Assembly (NCBI GenBank): GCA_965214805.1 | Contig: OZ243982.1 | Location: forward strand, 2,840,982 to 2,904,981 | Source of the DNA: Thermoanaerobaculia bacterium | GTDB lineage: Bacteria; Acidobacteriota; Thermoanaerobaculia; Multivoradales; Multivoraceae | DNA length: 64,000 bases | Direction: 5' to 3' | Shown: piece by piece, positions 10,305-20,342 of the stretch | How positions within the stretch are numbered: position 1 is the stretch's first letter | Layout of the letters: each line of letters starts with the position of its first letter | Translations under genes and position numbers: made by a program | The notes under the pieces: model-generated | Databases searched by the model: none | What the model was told of the DNA's origin: nothing | What the model saw: the letters and a program-made list of their open reading frames with translations, nothing else

Positions 10305-13300
10305 GTGCTGAACCGGCTCATCGAGTGGTCGCTGCGCAACCAGCTGCTGGTTGCGGCGGGCCTGCTGGTGGCGGTCGCGGCCGGCGTGTGGTCGGTGCGA
10401 ACGACGCGCGTCGATGCCATCCCCGACCTGTCCGACGTGCAGGTCATTCTCTACACGGAGTTCCCGGGCCAGTCGCCCCAGGTCGTGGAGGACCAGGTGA
10501 CCTACCCCATCACCTCGACGATGCTGTCGGCGCCGTACGCCAAGGTGGTCCGCGGCTACTCGTTCTTCGGCTTCTCCTTCGTGTACGTCATCTTCGAGGA
10601 CGGCACGGACCTCTACTGGGCGCGTTCCCGGGTGCTCGAGTCGGTGGCGGGGCTCCAGAGCCGGCTGCCGCAGGGGGTGTCGCCCCAGCTCGGTCCCGAC
10701 GCCACCGGCGTCGGTTGGGCCTTCATGTACGTGCTGAACTCCGAGTCGCGGTCCCTGGCCGAACTGCGCTCGCTCCAGGACTGGTACCTGAAGTACGGCC
10801 TGCTCGCGGTCGAAGGAGTCTCGGAAGTCGCTTCGATCGGCGGCTTCGTGCGTCAGTACCAGGTGGAGGTGGACCCGGTCCGGCTGCGCGCCTACGGTCT
10901 CTCCCTGCCGGTGCTGCGGCGGGCGATCCAGGAGTCGAACGCGGATGTCGGCGGACGCCTGATCGAGGTGGCCGAGCGCGAGTACATGGTGCGCGGCCGC
11001 GGCTACGTGCAGGATCTGCAGGACCTGGAGACGATCGTCCTTGTGTCCGGGGCGGGGGGCGTGCCGGTGCTGCTCCGGGACGTGGCGAACGTGACGACGG
11101 GACCCGAGATTCGCCGGGGCCTCGCCGACTGGAACGGCGAGGGCGAGACGGTGGGGGGAATCGTCGTCGTCCGCTCCGGCGCCGACACCCGGGCGACGAT
11201 CGAGCGGGTCAAGGAGCGCTTGGCCGAACTGGCCGGCGGCCTGCCCGAGGATGTCGAGATCTCGGTCGCCTACGACCGCAGCGGGCTGATCGAACGCTCG
11301 ATCGCGACGCTGACGGACACCCTGGTCGAGGAGTCGATCGTCGTCGCGGCGGTGTGTCTGGTCTTCCTCTTCCACTTCCGGTCCGCGCTGGTGCCGATCC
11401 TGGCGATACCGGTGTCGGTCCTGCTCGCCTTCGTCGTGATGCGGATCCAGGGGCTCGGCGCCGACATCATGTCGCTGGGCGGCATCGCCATCTCGATCGG
11501 CGTGCTCGTCGACGCTTCGATCGTCATGGTCGAGAACGTTCACCGGCGTCTCGCGGAGGACGGGGAGAAACGGACCCGCTTCGAGATCGTCCTCCGCGCT
11601 GCCCAGGAAGTCGGTCCGACGCTGTTCTTCAGTCTGCTCGTCATCACGGTGTCCTTCCTGCCGGTCTTCACCCTGGAGGCCCAGGAGGGTCGGCTGTTCA
11701 AGCCGCTGGCCCTGACCAAGACGTACTCCATGGCGATGGCGTCCGTGGTTGCCGTGACCGTCGTGCCGGTGCTGATGTTCTGGCTGGTGCGCGGGCGGAT
11801 CCTCCCGGAGGACCGCAACCCGTTGTCCCGGTTCCTGCGCTTCGTCTATCGGCCGCTCGTGGCCGGAGCGGTGCGGCGGCGCTGGCTGGTCATCGCGCTG
11901 ATGCTGGGGGCGCTGGCTTCGAGCCTCGCGCCGCTCAAGCGGATCGGCTCCGAGTTCATGCCGCCGCTGTGGGAGGGCGATCTGCTCTACATGCCGACGA
12001 CGCTGCCGGGCGTGTCGATCGGCAAGGCGCGGGAGATCGTGCAGCAGACGGACCGGATCATCCGCAGTTTCCCGGAGGTCGAGTCCGTGTTCGGCAAGGT
12101 CGGTCGGGCGGAGACGGCCACCGATCCGGCGCCGCTTTCGATGCTCGAGACGACGATCGTGCTGAAGGACCAGGACGAGTGGCGTCCCGGGCTGACGCCG
12201 GACGACCTGATCGCCGAGCTCGACCGCGCGCTTCAGTTCCCCGGCGTCACGAACTCCTGGACGATGCCGATCAAGACCCGGATCGACATGCTGTCCACCG
12301 GCATCAGGACCCCGGTCGGGATCAAGCTCGGCGGCCCGGACCTGGAGACGCTGGAGCAGCTCGCGGAGCAGGTCGAGGCGGTTGTCAGGCCGCTTCCGGG
12401 CACGCTTTCGGCCTACGCCGAGCGGGTCATGGGCGGCGCCTACCTCGACTTCCACATCGACCGGGAGGCCGCGGCGCGCTTCGGACTGCGGATCGCCGAC
12501 ATCCAGGACACGATCCAGTCCGCGGTGGGCGGCATGAACGTCTCCTGGACCGTCGAGGGACTGGAGCGCTACCCGATCAACCTGCGCTATCCGCGGGAGC
12601 TGCGGGACGATCCCGAAGCGCTGGAGCAGATCCTGGTCACCGCGCCCGGCGGCGCCCAGGTGCCGCTGGGTCAAGTCGCGGCGGTCGAGTTCCGCGACGG
12701 ACCGCCCAGCATCAAGTCGGAAGGCGCCAGGCCGAACGCCTGGGTATACGTGGACCTGGAGAGCCGCGACATCGGCGGCTGGATACGGCGCGCGCGCGAG
12801 GAGGTGGCCGAGAACGTCGAGCTGCCGCCGGGCTACACGCTCCTCTGGTCGGGGCAGTACGAGTACATGGAGCGTGCGCGCGACCGCTTCCTGATCATCG
12901 TGCCGCTCACGTTCCTGCTCACCTTCGCGCTGCTGTACCTGAGCACGCGCTCGGTCATCAGGACCGCGTTCATCGTTTCGGCGGTGCCGTTCTCGCTCGT
13001 CGGATCGGTGCTGCTGCTCGACCGGCTCGACTACAACTGGTCGGTCGCCGTGTGGGTGGGGATGATCGCGCTCGCAGGACTCGCAGCCGAGACGGGCGCC
13101 GTGATGCTGCTCTACCTCGACCTCGTCTGCAACGAACGGTCGGGCGCGGGGAGGATGGAGACCGTGGACGATCTCCGCGACGCGGTGACGCTGGCCGCGG
13201 TGCAGCGGATCCGCCCGATCACGATGACGGTGCTGACCACGTTCATCGCTCTGGCGCCGATCCTGTGGGCGACCGGCGCCGGCGCCGACGTGATGAAGCG

Positions 13301-13421
13301 GATCGCGGCACCCATGGTCGGCGGTCTGGTGACGTTGTTTCTCGGTGTGACGTTCGTCTTCCCGGCGCTCTACGTCGTCTGGCGTTCGTTCGGTCTCCGC
13401 TCGGCTCGGCACGCTCGGTGA
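10305..13421 (+). CDS. cusA: CusA/SilA-family heavy-metal RND efflux permease
   Basis: DAIPDLSDVQVI, LGPDATGVGW, GVLVDASIVMVEN, WTMPIKTRIDMLSTGIRTPVGIK, GADVMKRIAAPMVGG. Confidence 0.93.
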   Translation: MLNRLIEWSLRNQLLVAAGLLVAVAAGVWSVRTTRVDAIPDLSDVQVILYTEFPGQSPQVVEDQVTYPITSTMLSAPYAKVVRGYSFFGFSFVYVIFEDGTDLYWARSRVLESVAGLQSRLPQGVSPQLGPDATGVGWAFMYVLNSESRSLAELRSLQDWYLKYGLLAVEGVSEVASIGGFVRQYQVEVDPVRLRAYGLSLPVLRRAIQESNADVGGRLIEVAEREYMVRGRGYVQDLQDLETIVLVSGAGGVPVLLRDVANVTTGPEIRRGLADWNGEGETVGGIVVVRSGADTRATIERVKERLAELAGGLPEDVEISVAYDRSGLIERSIATLTDTLVEESIVVAAVCLVFLFHFRSALVPILAIPVSVLLAFVVMRIQGLGADIMSLGGIAISIGVLVDASIVMVENVHRRLAEDGEKRTRFEIVLRAAQEVGPTLFFSLLVITVSFLPVFTLEAQEGRLFKPLALTKTYSMAMASVVAVTVVPVLMFWLVRGRILPEDRNPLSRFLRFVYRPLVAGAVRRRWLVIALMLGALASSLAPLKRIGSEFMPPLWEGDLLYMPTTLPGVSIGKAREIVQQTDRIIRSFPEVESVFGKVGRAETATDPAPLSMLETTIVLKDQDEWRPGLTPDDLIAELDRALQFPGVTNSWTMPIKTRIDMLSTGIRTPVGIKLGGPDLETLEQLAEQVEAVVRPLPGTLSAYAERVMGGAYLDFHIDREAAARFGLRIADIQDTIQSAVGGMNVSWTVEGLERYPINLRYPRELRDDPEALEQILVTAPGGAQVPLGQVAAVEFRDGPPSIKSEGARPNAWVYVDLESRDIGGWIRRAREEVAENVELPPGYTLLWSGQYEYMERARDRFLIIVPLTFLLTFALLYLSTRSVIRTAFIVSAVPFSLVGSVLLLDRLDYNWSVAVWVGMIALAGLAAETGAVMLLYLDLVCNERSGAGRMETVDDLRDAVTLAAVQRIRPITMTVLTTFIALAPILWATGAGADVMKRIAAPMVGGLVTLFLGVTFVFPALYVVWRSFGLRSARHAR

Positions 13422-13646
13422 CAAGTCGTCGCCGCGCTCGTGCCGACCCGGTCGCATGAACGATGAACGCGGGGCGCGGCCGCGGACTGCCGGGCCCGAA
13501 CCTCGCCGGGAGCCTCTGCCCTGTCGCCCGCCGGCGGCGCGACCCGCGCCACCCGTGAACCGGTCCGAAAGCCCGTTCTCGGGCGCTCGGACTGGCGCTC
13601 GCCGTGCTCCGTTCTGCGGCGCTGCCGGAGCGAGCCGGCGCCGAAG

Positions 13647-14474
13647 CTAGACGGCTGCTGCGAGTCGGCCGTCGTGAATGCTCTGCCGCATCCCGTCGAG
13701 CTTGTCGAGGTAGAGCTGCCTGCACTCGTCGTGATCGAGCCCGAACGGTGCATTGCCCGGCTCGAAGCCGGCGAAGGTCTGGTCGGGACCGTGTTCGGCG
13801 AAGGGACGCATCGCCTCGACCTGCTGTTCGAACAGGTCGACGAGATGAGGGTGCTCGGCGAGAAGCCGCTGCAGGACGTAGACGCCGAAGGCGATGTGGC
13901 GCGCCTCGTCCCGTTGAATCAGGCGGATGCCGTTGCCCAACGCCGGCAGGCGGCCGGTGCGCTCGAAGATCGCGTAGTACATCGGGTAGCTGGCCTCGGC
14001 GCCGACACCCTCGACGTAGAAGTGGTACAGCAGGATCGCGCGCAGCAGCGCTTCGGGACTGTCGTCGGTGAACAGGGCCCGCATTGCTTGCGGCAGGCGG
14101 GTGGAGAACATGTCGCCGTGGAGGTCGGGGTAGGGGATGTCGACGCCGAAGCGGCCAGGCAGCGCCTCGATCAGCCAGGTCTCGAAGAACTGGACGTGGC
14201 GTGCTTCCTCGTACAGCTGAGCGGTGACGTACATCTCCTCTTCGAGCCGCCCCTGCTGGCGGAACCGGAACTGAAGCGGAGCGAGCTCGTGGGTCACGCC
14301 GCGCTCGCCGACCCGGAAGCCGGAAATCAGCCGGATCAGGAAGTTCCGCTCGTCGTCGGTGAAGGACAACCAGTCGGAGCGTTCCTGGGAGAAGTCGATG
14401 TCGGCGGGGTTCCAGGTTCGTTCGTGGGACGCGGTGAAGAGCCGCATGGGAAGGGAATTGCTGTTGAAGGGCAA
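13647..14474 (-). CDS. R2-like ligand-binding oxidase (R2lox, Mn/Fe ferritin-like)
   Basis: WNPADIDFSQE, GERGV, EEARH, YHFYVEG, DEARHIAFG metal ligands; AAAGGAGG RBS before the TTG start. Confidence 0.88.
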   Translation of the reverse strand: MPFNSNSLPMRLFTASHERTWNPADIDFSQERSDWLSFTDDERNFLIRLISGFRVGERGVTHELAPLQFRFRQQGRLEEEMYVTAQLYEEARHVQFFETWLIEALPGRFGVDIPYPDLHGDMFSTRLPQAMRALFTDDSPEALLRAILLYHFYVEGVGAEASYPMYYAIFERTGRLPALGNGIRLIQRDEARHIAFGVYVLQRLLAEHPHLVDLFEQQVEAMRPFAEHGPDQTFAGFEPGNAPFGLDHDECRQLYLDKLDGMRQSIHDGRLAAAV

Positions 14475-14788
14475 CGGTCAGGCCTCCTTTGAGGACGACG
14501 ATTCTGGCTCTGGCAGTCGGTCTGGGTTCGGTTCTCGGGGCGGCGGTCGGTCCGACCCGTCGTCGTCCCGCAGGGACGCCGATGGGGGCGGCGGTCGGGC
14601 CGTTCCGGGCTTTGGCCGCAAGGGCTGTCCGGCAGTCTGGCCGCCACCGTCCTTCCCGACGTCCTGAACGGTCGCATGATTGCGTGAGTGTCATGGCTCG
14701 CATGACAGGCACAGGATCACAGGAGCAGGGAAGATGCCGAAGCATAGCAGCGGCATCGCTGCTCCCCGGCGGTTCCGGTTCCCTGCTT

Positions 14789-16021
14789 CTAGTGGCGGCG
14801 GAACGTCCTGATCAGCAGGAGCATGGCCACGGCCATCAGCAACGATCCGGCGAGCAGCGGTGCGCCGGGCAGCTCGAACGGAGCAGCTTCCGAGGTGAAG
14901 AAGCTGAACAGGCCGGCGGTGAACACCAGCGGCGCGACGATTGCCGCCAGGCTCATCAGGGAGGTCAGGGCGCCCTGGACCTTGCCCTGGTCGTGGGGCG
15001 CCACCGTGCCGGCGATGATGCCCTGGACGGCGGGTCCCGCAATGCCGCCGAGCGAGCCGATCACGATCACCGCAATCAGAATCCAGCCGCGAGAAGCCAG
15101 GCCGTAGCCGGCGAAGGCCAGTGTCCCGATGCCGAAACCGATCAGCACTGCCTTGCGTTCGCCCAGCCAGGCCACGGCATGGCGCACCAGAAGTCCCTGG
15201 ACCAGCGCCGCCGAAACGCCGACCGCGGTCAACGCCAGACCGTTCTGGAACTCGTTCCAGCCGTAGCGATAGCCGGTATAGAGCACCCAGCAGGTTTCCA
15301 GGCCCCGCTGCGCCAGGACGAGGAGCACGAAGGCGGCCGCCAGACTGGCAACCAGGGGATAGGTGCGGAGCTTGACGAGGCTCGAGACCGGGTTCGCGCT
15401 GCGAAGCGAGAAAGCGCTGCGGTTCTCCGGGGCCAGCGACTCGGGCAGAACGAAGAGCCCGTAGGCCGAGTTGATCAGGCAGAGAGCGGCGGCGACGAAG
15501 AAGGGCAGCCGCAGATCGATGCTTCCCAGCAGGCCGCCCAGGCTTGGGCCGAGCATGAAGCCGATTCCGAAGGCGACGTTGATCAGGCCGTAGTTGCGGG
15601 CCCGGGTCTCGGGAGTCGAGATGTCGGCGATGTAGGCGTTGGCCGTCGTGATGCTGGCGCCCATGATGCCGGCAACGAGCCGGCCCGCGAACAGCCAGGC
15701 CACCGATGGGGCGAAACCCATGACGAGGTAGTCGACGCCCAGGCCGAACATCGACAGCAGCAGCACCCGGCGCCGTCCGAAGCGGTCGGAGAGGGCACCG
15801 AGAATGGGAGCGAACACGAACTGGGCAACCGCGTAGCAGGATGCGATGAAGCCCAGCATGCGGGCGGCGGACGACGTGTCGCCCGCCATGAACTGCTCGA
15901 TCAGTTCGGGAAGAATCGGGATGATGATGCCGACTCCGAGCATGTCGAGCAGGATCACGGCGAAGATGAAGGACACGCCGGCCTTGCGGCCTGGCGGCGC
16001 CTGGGAAGCGGAAGTCGTCAT
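14789..16021 (-). CDS. TetA-like (TCR/Tet, DHA1) MFS transporter
   Basis: LDMLGVGIIIPILP, GALSDRFGRR motif A, AYIADIS, GIGFMLGPSLGG motif C, LPESL. Confidence 0.9.
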   Translation of the reverse strand: MTTSASQAPPGRKAGVSFIFAVILLDMLGVGIIIPILPELIEQFMAGDTSSAARMLGFIASCYAVAQFVFAPILGALSDRFGRRRVLLLSMFGLGVDYLVMGFAPSVAWLFAGRLVAGIMGASITTANAYIADISTPETRARNYGLINVAFGIGFMLGPSLGGLLGSIDLRLPFFVAAALCLINSAYGLFVLPESLAPENRSAFSLRSANPVSSLVKLRTYPLVASLAAAFVLLVLAQRGLETCWVLYTGYRYGWNEFQNGLALTAVGVSAALVQGLLVRHAVAWLGERKAVLIGFGIGTLAFAGYGLASRGWILIAVIVIGSLGGIAGPAVQGIIAGTVAPHDQGKVQGALTSLMSLAAIVAPLVFTAGLFSFFTSEAAPFELPGAPLLAGSLLMAVAMLLLIRTFRRH

Positions 16022-16280
16022 CGCTCGGAGTCCTGGGTCGAGGAGAGGAAGCAGGCGCCGCGTTGACGCCGCTCATGTTTGCTGGGCCTGTCGTTCCTGG
16101 CGCGCCTCCGGATCGCAAACGGCGGTGCACGGTCGGTCCTTCGGAGCGCCGGGAGACACCATCCGCGTTCGCTGACGGTCGCGCGGGACGGTCCGCGGAT
16201 TGGTGCCGCCTCGCGCCGCCTCGGTTCCTGCGTTGCCCCGAGGCGTGGAGTTACGCAGAGTTGCACGTTAGAGTTGCATC

Positions 16281-16769
16281 ATGCACGCCGAGTCCGAGAC
16301 GACACGGTCGGACCGGGCCGGGTTCCGGTCCCGCGTCGCGGCCGGATTGTGCCTGGTCGGCCTGGGTGCGCTGGTCCTGCTCGGGGGTTTGGCGTGCGCC
16401 GAACCGCTGGACGAACCCAACAGGGACAGTCTGAAGGCTTCCTTCGTTGCGCAGATCGAAGCGGACAGGCACGTGCAGGACCTGAGGGTCTACGGCGACG
16501 AGATCCACTTCGCCCGCCGCGACGGCTCGGGCGAGCATGTCGACTGGCGGGTTCGCATCGACTCGCTGTCGGTGGAGCCCTGGGCCGGTGACGAGGCCGA
16601 GCTGGCGGGTCGCGTCATGTCGAGCTGGAGCGTCGCCGGACGCCCTGTGACGGTCGAGGTCGGACTGGAGGGCCTGGTCACCGACATGCCGATCTGGGTG
16701 CTCGACGCCGGTCTGGCGCCCGAGTGCTGGGCGTTCTGGGACGAGGAGGCGAAATCCTGGGGCTGGTAG
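16281..16769 (+). CDS. Hypothetical protein, probable lipoprotein
   Basis: Hydrophobic segment ending GGLAC; coding-like composition. Confidence 0.65.
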   Translation: MHAESETTRSDRAGFRSRVAAGLCLVGLGALVLLGGLACAEPLDEPNRDSLKASFVAQIEADRHVQDLRVYGDEIHFARRDGSGEHVDWRVRIDSLSVEPWAGDEAELAGRVMSSWSVAGRPVTVEVGLEGLVTDMPIWVLDAGLAPECWAFWDEEAKSWGW

Positions 16770-16837
16770 CCGGGCGTTCGCTGACAGTGCGGTGGCCATG
16801 ACAGATCACGGTACGCGAATGAACACGCCGATGGAGA

Positions 16838-17944
16838 TTGGAGGGCAGGCTCGTGAGGAAGCATGAACGCTCGAACGTCACATGGACCGTGGCTGTCGTT
16901 GCCGCGCTCCCGGCCCTCGTCGGCGCCGGCGCCGTGTTCGCTGCAGGCAACAACCCCGCCGGCGCCGCCAACGACGCCGACTGGACGGTCCCCCGCACCG
17001 CGTACGGCCATCCCGATCTCCAGGGAGTGTGGGCCAACAACAACGGCTCTCCGCTTCAGCGGCCCGCCGCCTGGGCGGGCAAGGAGCGCCTGTCGGACGA
17101 GGAGTTCCGGGAGCTGATGGCGGCCGTCGCCGAGGCGACGGACCCGGGCGCGGATGCGCTGTTCGGCGACCAGCTCGTTCTGGCGGCCATCGAACGCACG
17201 AAGGCCACGTCCTACGATCCGACGACCGGCAACTACAACCAGTTCTGGATCGCGGACCGGTACTTCACCAGACGTACTTCGCTCGTCGTCGACCCGCCGG
17301 ACGGGCTCATCCCGCCGTTCACGGAGGCGGCCAGCAAGCGTCTCTGCCGGAGGGTGAAGCACCTGATGGAACATCCGGCCGATTCCTGGCTCGACCGCCC
17401 GATTCCAGAGCGTTGCATCAGCTACGGCGCCCCGTTCATCTTCCCCGGCTACAACAGCTACCACCAGATCTTCCAGACCGAGGATCACGTGGTCATCCAC
17501 CAGGAGATGATCCACGACGCGCGGGTCATCCCGCTCGACGGCAAGCCCCATGTGGCCGACGAGGTGCGGCTCTGGCACGGTGATTCCCGTGGCCGCTGGG
17601 AGGGAGACACCCTGGTCGTCGAGACCAGGAACTACTCGAAGAAGAACGACTTCATGGGCTCGTCGGAGCAGCTCACGATCACCGAGCGCTTCACTCTCAC
17701 CGACCCGGACACCATCGAATGGGCGATCACGGTCGACGACCCGGGGACGTGGACGAGGTCCTGGACGGCCTCGATGCCCCTGAAGCGCACCGAGGACGCG
17801 ATCTTCGAGTATGCCTGCCACGAGGGCAACTACGCGATGGAAGGCATGCTTGCCGGCGCCCGCGCCGAGGAGGCTGCGAACAAGCCGAAGCAGCTCGATC
17901 CGGGAGCGGTGTTCCGCTATCCCGGCCTGACCTGCGATTTCTGA
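16838..17944 (+). CDS. Conserved hypothetical secreted protein of the type common in Acidobacteriota
   Basis: PRTAYGHPDLQGVW, RTSLVVDPPDG, GDSRGRWEGDTLVVET, FEYACHEGNY; start could be 16853. Confidence 0.8.
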   Translation: MEGRLVRKHERSNVTWTVAVVAALPALVGAGAVFAAGNNPAGAANDADWTVPRTAYGHPDLQGVWANNNGSPLQRPAAWAGKERLSDEEFRELMAAVAEATDPGADALFGDQLVLAAIERTKATSYDPTTGNYNQFWIADRYFTRRTSLVVDPPDGLIPPFTEAASKRLCRRVKHLMEHPADSWLDRPIPERCISYGAPFIFPGYNSYHQIFQTEDHVVIHQEMIHDARVIPLDGKPHVADEVRLWHGDSRGRWEGDTLVVETRNYSKKNDFMGSSEQLTITERFTLTDPDTIEWAITVDDPGTWTRSWTASMPLKRTEDAIFEYACHEGNYAMEGMLAGARAEEAANKPKQLDPGAVFRYPGLTCDF

Positions 17945-18002
17945 GCGGGCGGCCAACGCAGTTCAACCCGCCTTCGCCCCGCCAGTGCAGTTCGACGTCT
18001 GT

Positions 18003-18392
18003 TCAACGGATGGTGCGGACTTCGACTCCCAGCTGCTCCAGTTCGAGCCAGGCGCGGTCTGCCGTGAGCACAGGCAGACCCTGTGCCGCCGCCGTGGCCA
18101 GACAGGCGCGGTCGCCCAGGCCCAGACCGGCAGAAGCCGTGGCTGGTCGAAGCGCTCCACTGGCAAGGGCCGTCTCCGCGTTGAAGGGAAGGAACTCGAT
18201 CCCGAGGACTCCGAGGGAGAACGCAACGTCCCGCTCCGACCATCCTTGATGGTGGAGTCGTGCGGCTACCTCTTCGACATTGACGGCGGACATGGCAGCT
18301 CCGAGGGACAGAGCGTTCGACACGGCTTCCGCCCCTTGTTCGCTCTGGATCAGCGCCAGAAGCGCGGAGGCGTCCAGGAGCGAACGCGCCAC
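18003..18392 (-). CDS. vapC: PIN-domain toxin (VapC)
   Basis: LLDASALLA, SAVNVEEV, LGLGDRACLA, VLTADRAW. Confidence 0.9.
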   Translation of the reverse strand: MARSLLDASALLALIQSEQGAEAVSNALSLGAAMSAVNVEEVAARLHHQGWSERDVAFSLGVLGIEFLPFNAETALASGALRPATASAGLGLGDRACLATAAAQGLPVLTADRAWLELEQLGVEVRTIR

Positions 18393-18393
18393 G

Positions 18394-18669
18394 TCACTCC
18401 TTCCGGGCCTCGGCTCGCCGCTCGGCGATGAAGGCGTCCACTTCGCCGCCCCCGCCGCCTCCTCCGTACTTCCTGGCCAGGGACTGAACCTTGGCCACGG
18501 CTGCTTCCAGCGAGGCCTCGACGGTCATCATCCTGATCGAGGAGCCGTCAAGCGTGAGGACGACTTCCTGGCGCGGGCGGAACCCGAGCGCTGCCCGGAA
18601 GGGGGCCGGGACGACGAGCCGCCCCGCTGCGTCGACGACCGTCGATGTCCGGTCTCGTGAGATTGGCAT
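18394..18669 (-). CDS. vapB: AbrB/MazE-type antitoxin (VapB)
   Basis: VDAAGRLVVPAPFRAALG swapped-hairpin motif; VDAFIAERRAE tail; directly upstream of vapC. Confidence 0.85.
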   Translation of the reverse strand: MPISRDRTSTVVDAAGRLVVPAPFRAALGFRPRQEVVLTLDGSSIRMMTVEASLEAAVAKVQSLARKYGGGGGGGEVDAFIAERRAEARKE

Positions 18670-18953
18670 GGCGAGAGCAGGGTACCATGCGTCTTCTCCG
18701 TGGCAGATGGTGTTGTCGTGACCGGACACTTTCTCTTTCACCAGACTGCCAGTGTCGTGGCGGTGATGTCAGCAGTGGGGTTGGAGGGGCCGACAGGCTG
18801 GATCACGCAGTCGCTTCGCCGGACGTCGTCCTGTCGGCGTGTCGGTCGGCCGGACTGCACGCAGATGGTCATGCTCGGGTTGGCCGCGTACAGACGATGG
18901 CGGAGAGGGGGGAGCCAGGAGAGCCTGGCCGGCAGCAGCAGTCGCAGCCTCGT

Positions 18954-19685
18954 TCAGCCGCCGAGCATCTTCTCGCGGCGTTCCGCGCGCGCGAAGGCAA
19001 GTGCGACGATGGCCGCGATGGCGAGCGTGATGCCGACCCGGTTCTGGACGGCCATCGCGAGCAGCTGATCGGCGTCAGCTTCTTCGACGGCGAGCGGGTT
19101 CCAGAACGCCGAGACGCGGGGCGATGCCCCGAGCCTGCTGACGATGAATGCCTCCAGGCCGAGCAGCGCCGTCGTGGCCAGAGCGCCGGCCGTCTCGCTG
19201 CGGAAGAGGTTGCCGAGCCCCATTGCAGCAACCATGTAGAAAGCGGCTGCCTGCGCTGCGCCGTGGAAGGTCACGAAGACGGGAAAGCCGGTGAAGAACG
19301 TGAACGTGAACAAGGTCATCAGGATCAGACTGGCAAGCAGCATCAGGAACGCGGCGGCGAGTTTTCCGAGCCAGACGCGATGAGCGCCGCCGGGTACGGT
19401 ATACGCGATCTCCAGCGTGCCCTGGTCCAGTTCGCCGGCGATGATCCGGCCGCCCAGGAAGGCCCCGAGAATCGCCACCGGTACGCCGATCAGCGTGTTC
19501 TGCGCCGAGACGGGTTCGAAGGTCGGCAGTTGGCCGCCGATCAGCAGGGCGGCCTGACCCGCAAGCCACAGCAGCGGCGACAGGAGGAGCAGCCAGTAGC
19601 GCCGCCCTCCGATCAGCACGGCGGAGTGCCGGAGGACGATGAGCGCGCCGAGGCCGCTCCACCTGTCGCCTGGAGAGTCCGCCAT
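18954..19685 (-). CDS. ABC-2-like multi-pass membrane protein (paralogue 2)
   Basis: About 6 TM helices; IIAGELDQGTLEIAYTVPGGAHRVWLGKL resembles the ABC-2 'E...GT.E.....P...KL' motif. Confidence 0.75.
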   Translation of the reverse strand: MADSPGDRWSGLGALIVLRHSAVLIGGRRYWLLLLSPLLWLAGQAALLIGGQLPTFEPVSAQNTLIGVPVAILGAFLGGRIIAGELDQGTLEIAYTVPGGAHRVWLGKLAAAFLMLLASLILMTLFTFTFFTGFPVFVTFHGAAQAAAFYMVAAMGLGNLFRSETAGALATTALLGLEAFIVSRLGASPRVSAFWNPLAVEEADADQLLAMAVQNRVGITLAIAAIVALAFARAERREKMLGG

Positions 19686-19718
19686 GGTTGCCTTGGGCAA
19701 CGTCAGCGGTGCTGTCGA

Positions 19719-20024
19719 CTAGGCGCAGATGGCGCGCGCGCTGATGAAGAGGCCGAGGCCCAGGCCTCGCCCGATCGGGTCACGCAGTATGCTCGCCATT
19801 CCGAAGAGTCCGAGGCCTGCGCCCTGGACTACCCGCGTGCAGGCGGCGGATCGCAGTCCCTTCCCCTTGAAGACTGCCAAGTCGGTGTCCGCGAGTTGGC
19901 CAGGTTCGTGATTCCCGGTGCCGGGATGGTCGTTCGGGACCACCGAGTTCGGCGGTTCTGCGAATGCACCGCCGGCACTCAGCACCAGCGCTGCAACTGC
20001 GAGCGGCAGGATCTTCGTCATCAT
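19719..20024 (-). CDS. Small secreted peptide precursor, bacteriocin-like (101 aa)
   Basis: RBS GGAAAGGAA; signal peptide ending AFA; LADTDLAVFKGKG; Gly-rich core with two Cys. Confidence 0.7.
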   Translation of the reverse strand: MMTKILPLAVAALVLSAGGAFAEPPNSVVPNDHPGTGNHEPGQLADTDLAVFKGKGLRSAACTRVVQGAGLGLFGMASILRDPIGRGLGLGLFISARAICA

Positions 20025-20342
20025 GATTCGTTCCTTTCCTTGCAAGTCTCCGATTGCCGTCGACCCTGTTCGAGCAGGCCGGCGACGTTGGTCGTCAGGT
20101 GGATCCTCCGAAGTTGAAGGACCTCTGCAGACCTGGACGGAAAACGGAGCGTGCTCTTGGTGGAATGGCCTGTGGCGGGTGGACCTGATCGACGAGCTGA
20201 TCGGTGTGCCGCGGCCCCGGCGCTTGCGGCTCACCGCGAGCGTGGTGCGACCGGTCGTGATTGCGGCAGGTCGCGCTCCAGCCCGCGTTCGAGGCACTCC
20301 GCGGCAGCGGCTGCCTGTCCTTACCGCGTGCGAAGGCTGCGT

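Noticed and set aside
10074-13459. Very long alternative-frame and antisense ORFs over cusA (similar ones over the RND, M1-like and addA genes)
   Set aside because: Shadow ORFs caused by high GC3; Arg/Pro/Gly-rich or antisense text with no motifs
13540-13650. Third copy of the MITE
   Set aside because: Only an ~11-nt match and a short hairpin; no terminal inverted repeats
13647-14474. Ribonucleotide reductase beta subunit (nrdB)
   Set aside because: Motifs fit R2lox; no R1 gene nearby and no typical NrdB C-terminal tail
14475-14760. Small ORF between the MFS and R2lox genes
   Set aside because: Pro/Arg-rich frames with no convincing start or motif
14789-16021. Bona fide tetracycline resistance gene tetA
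   Set aside because: Family-level motifs only; no tetR and no mobile context, so the substrate is unknown
18740-18950. Second peptide gene after the distal permease paralogue
   Set aside because: Only a ~44-codon ORF with no RBS, signal peptide or similarity to the first peptide
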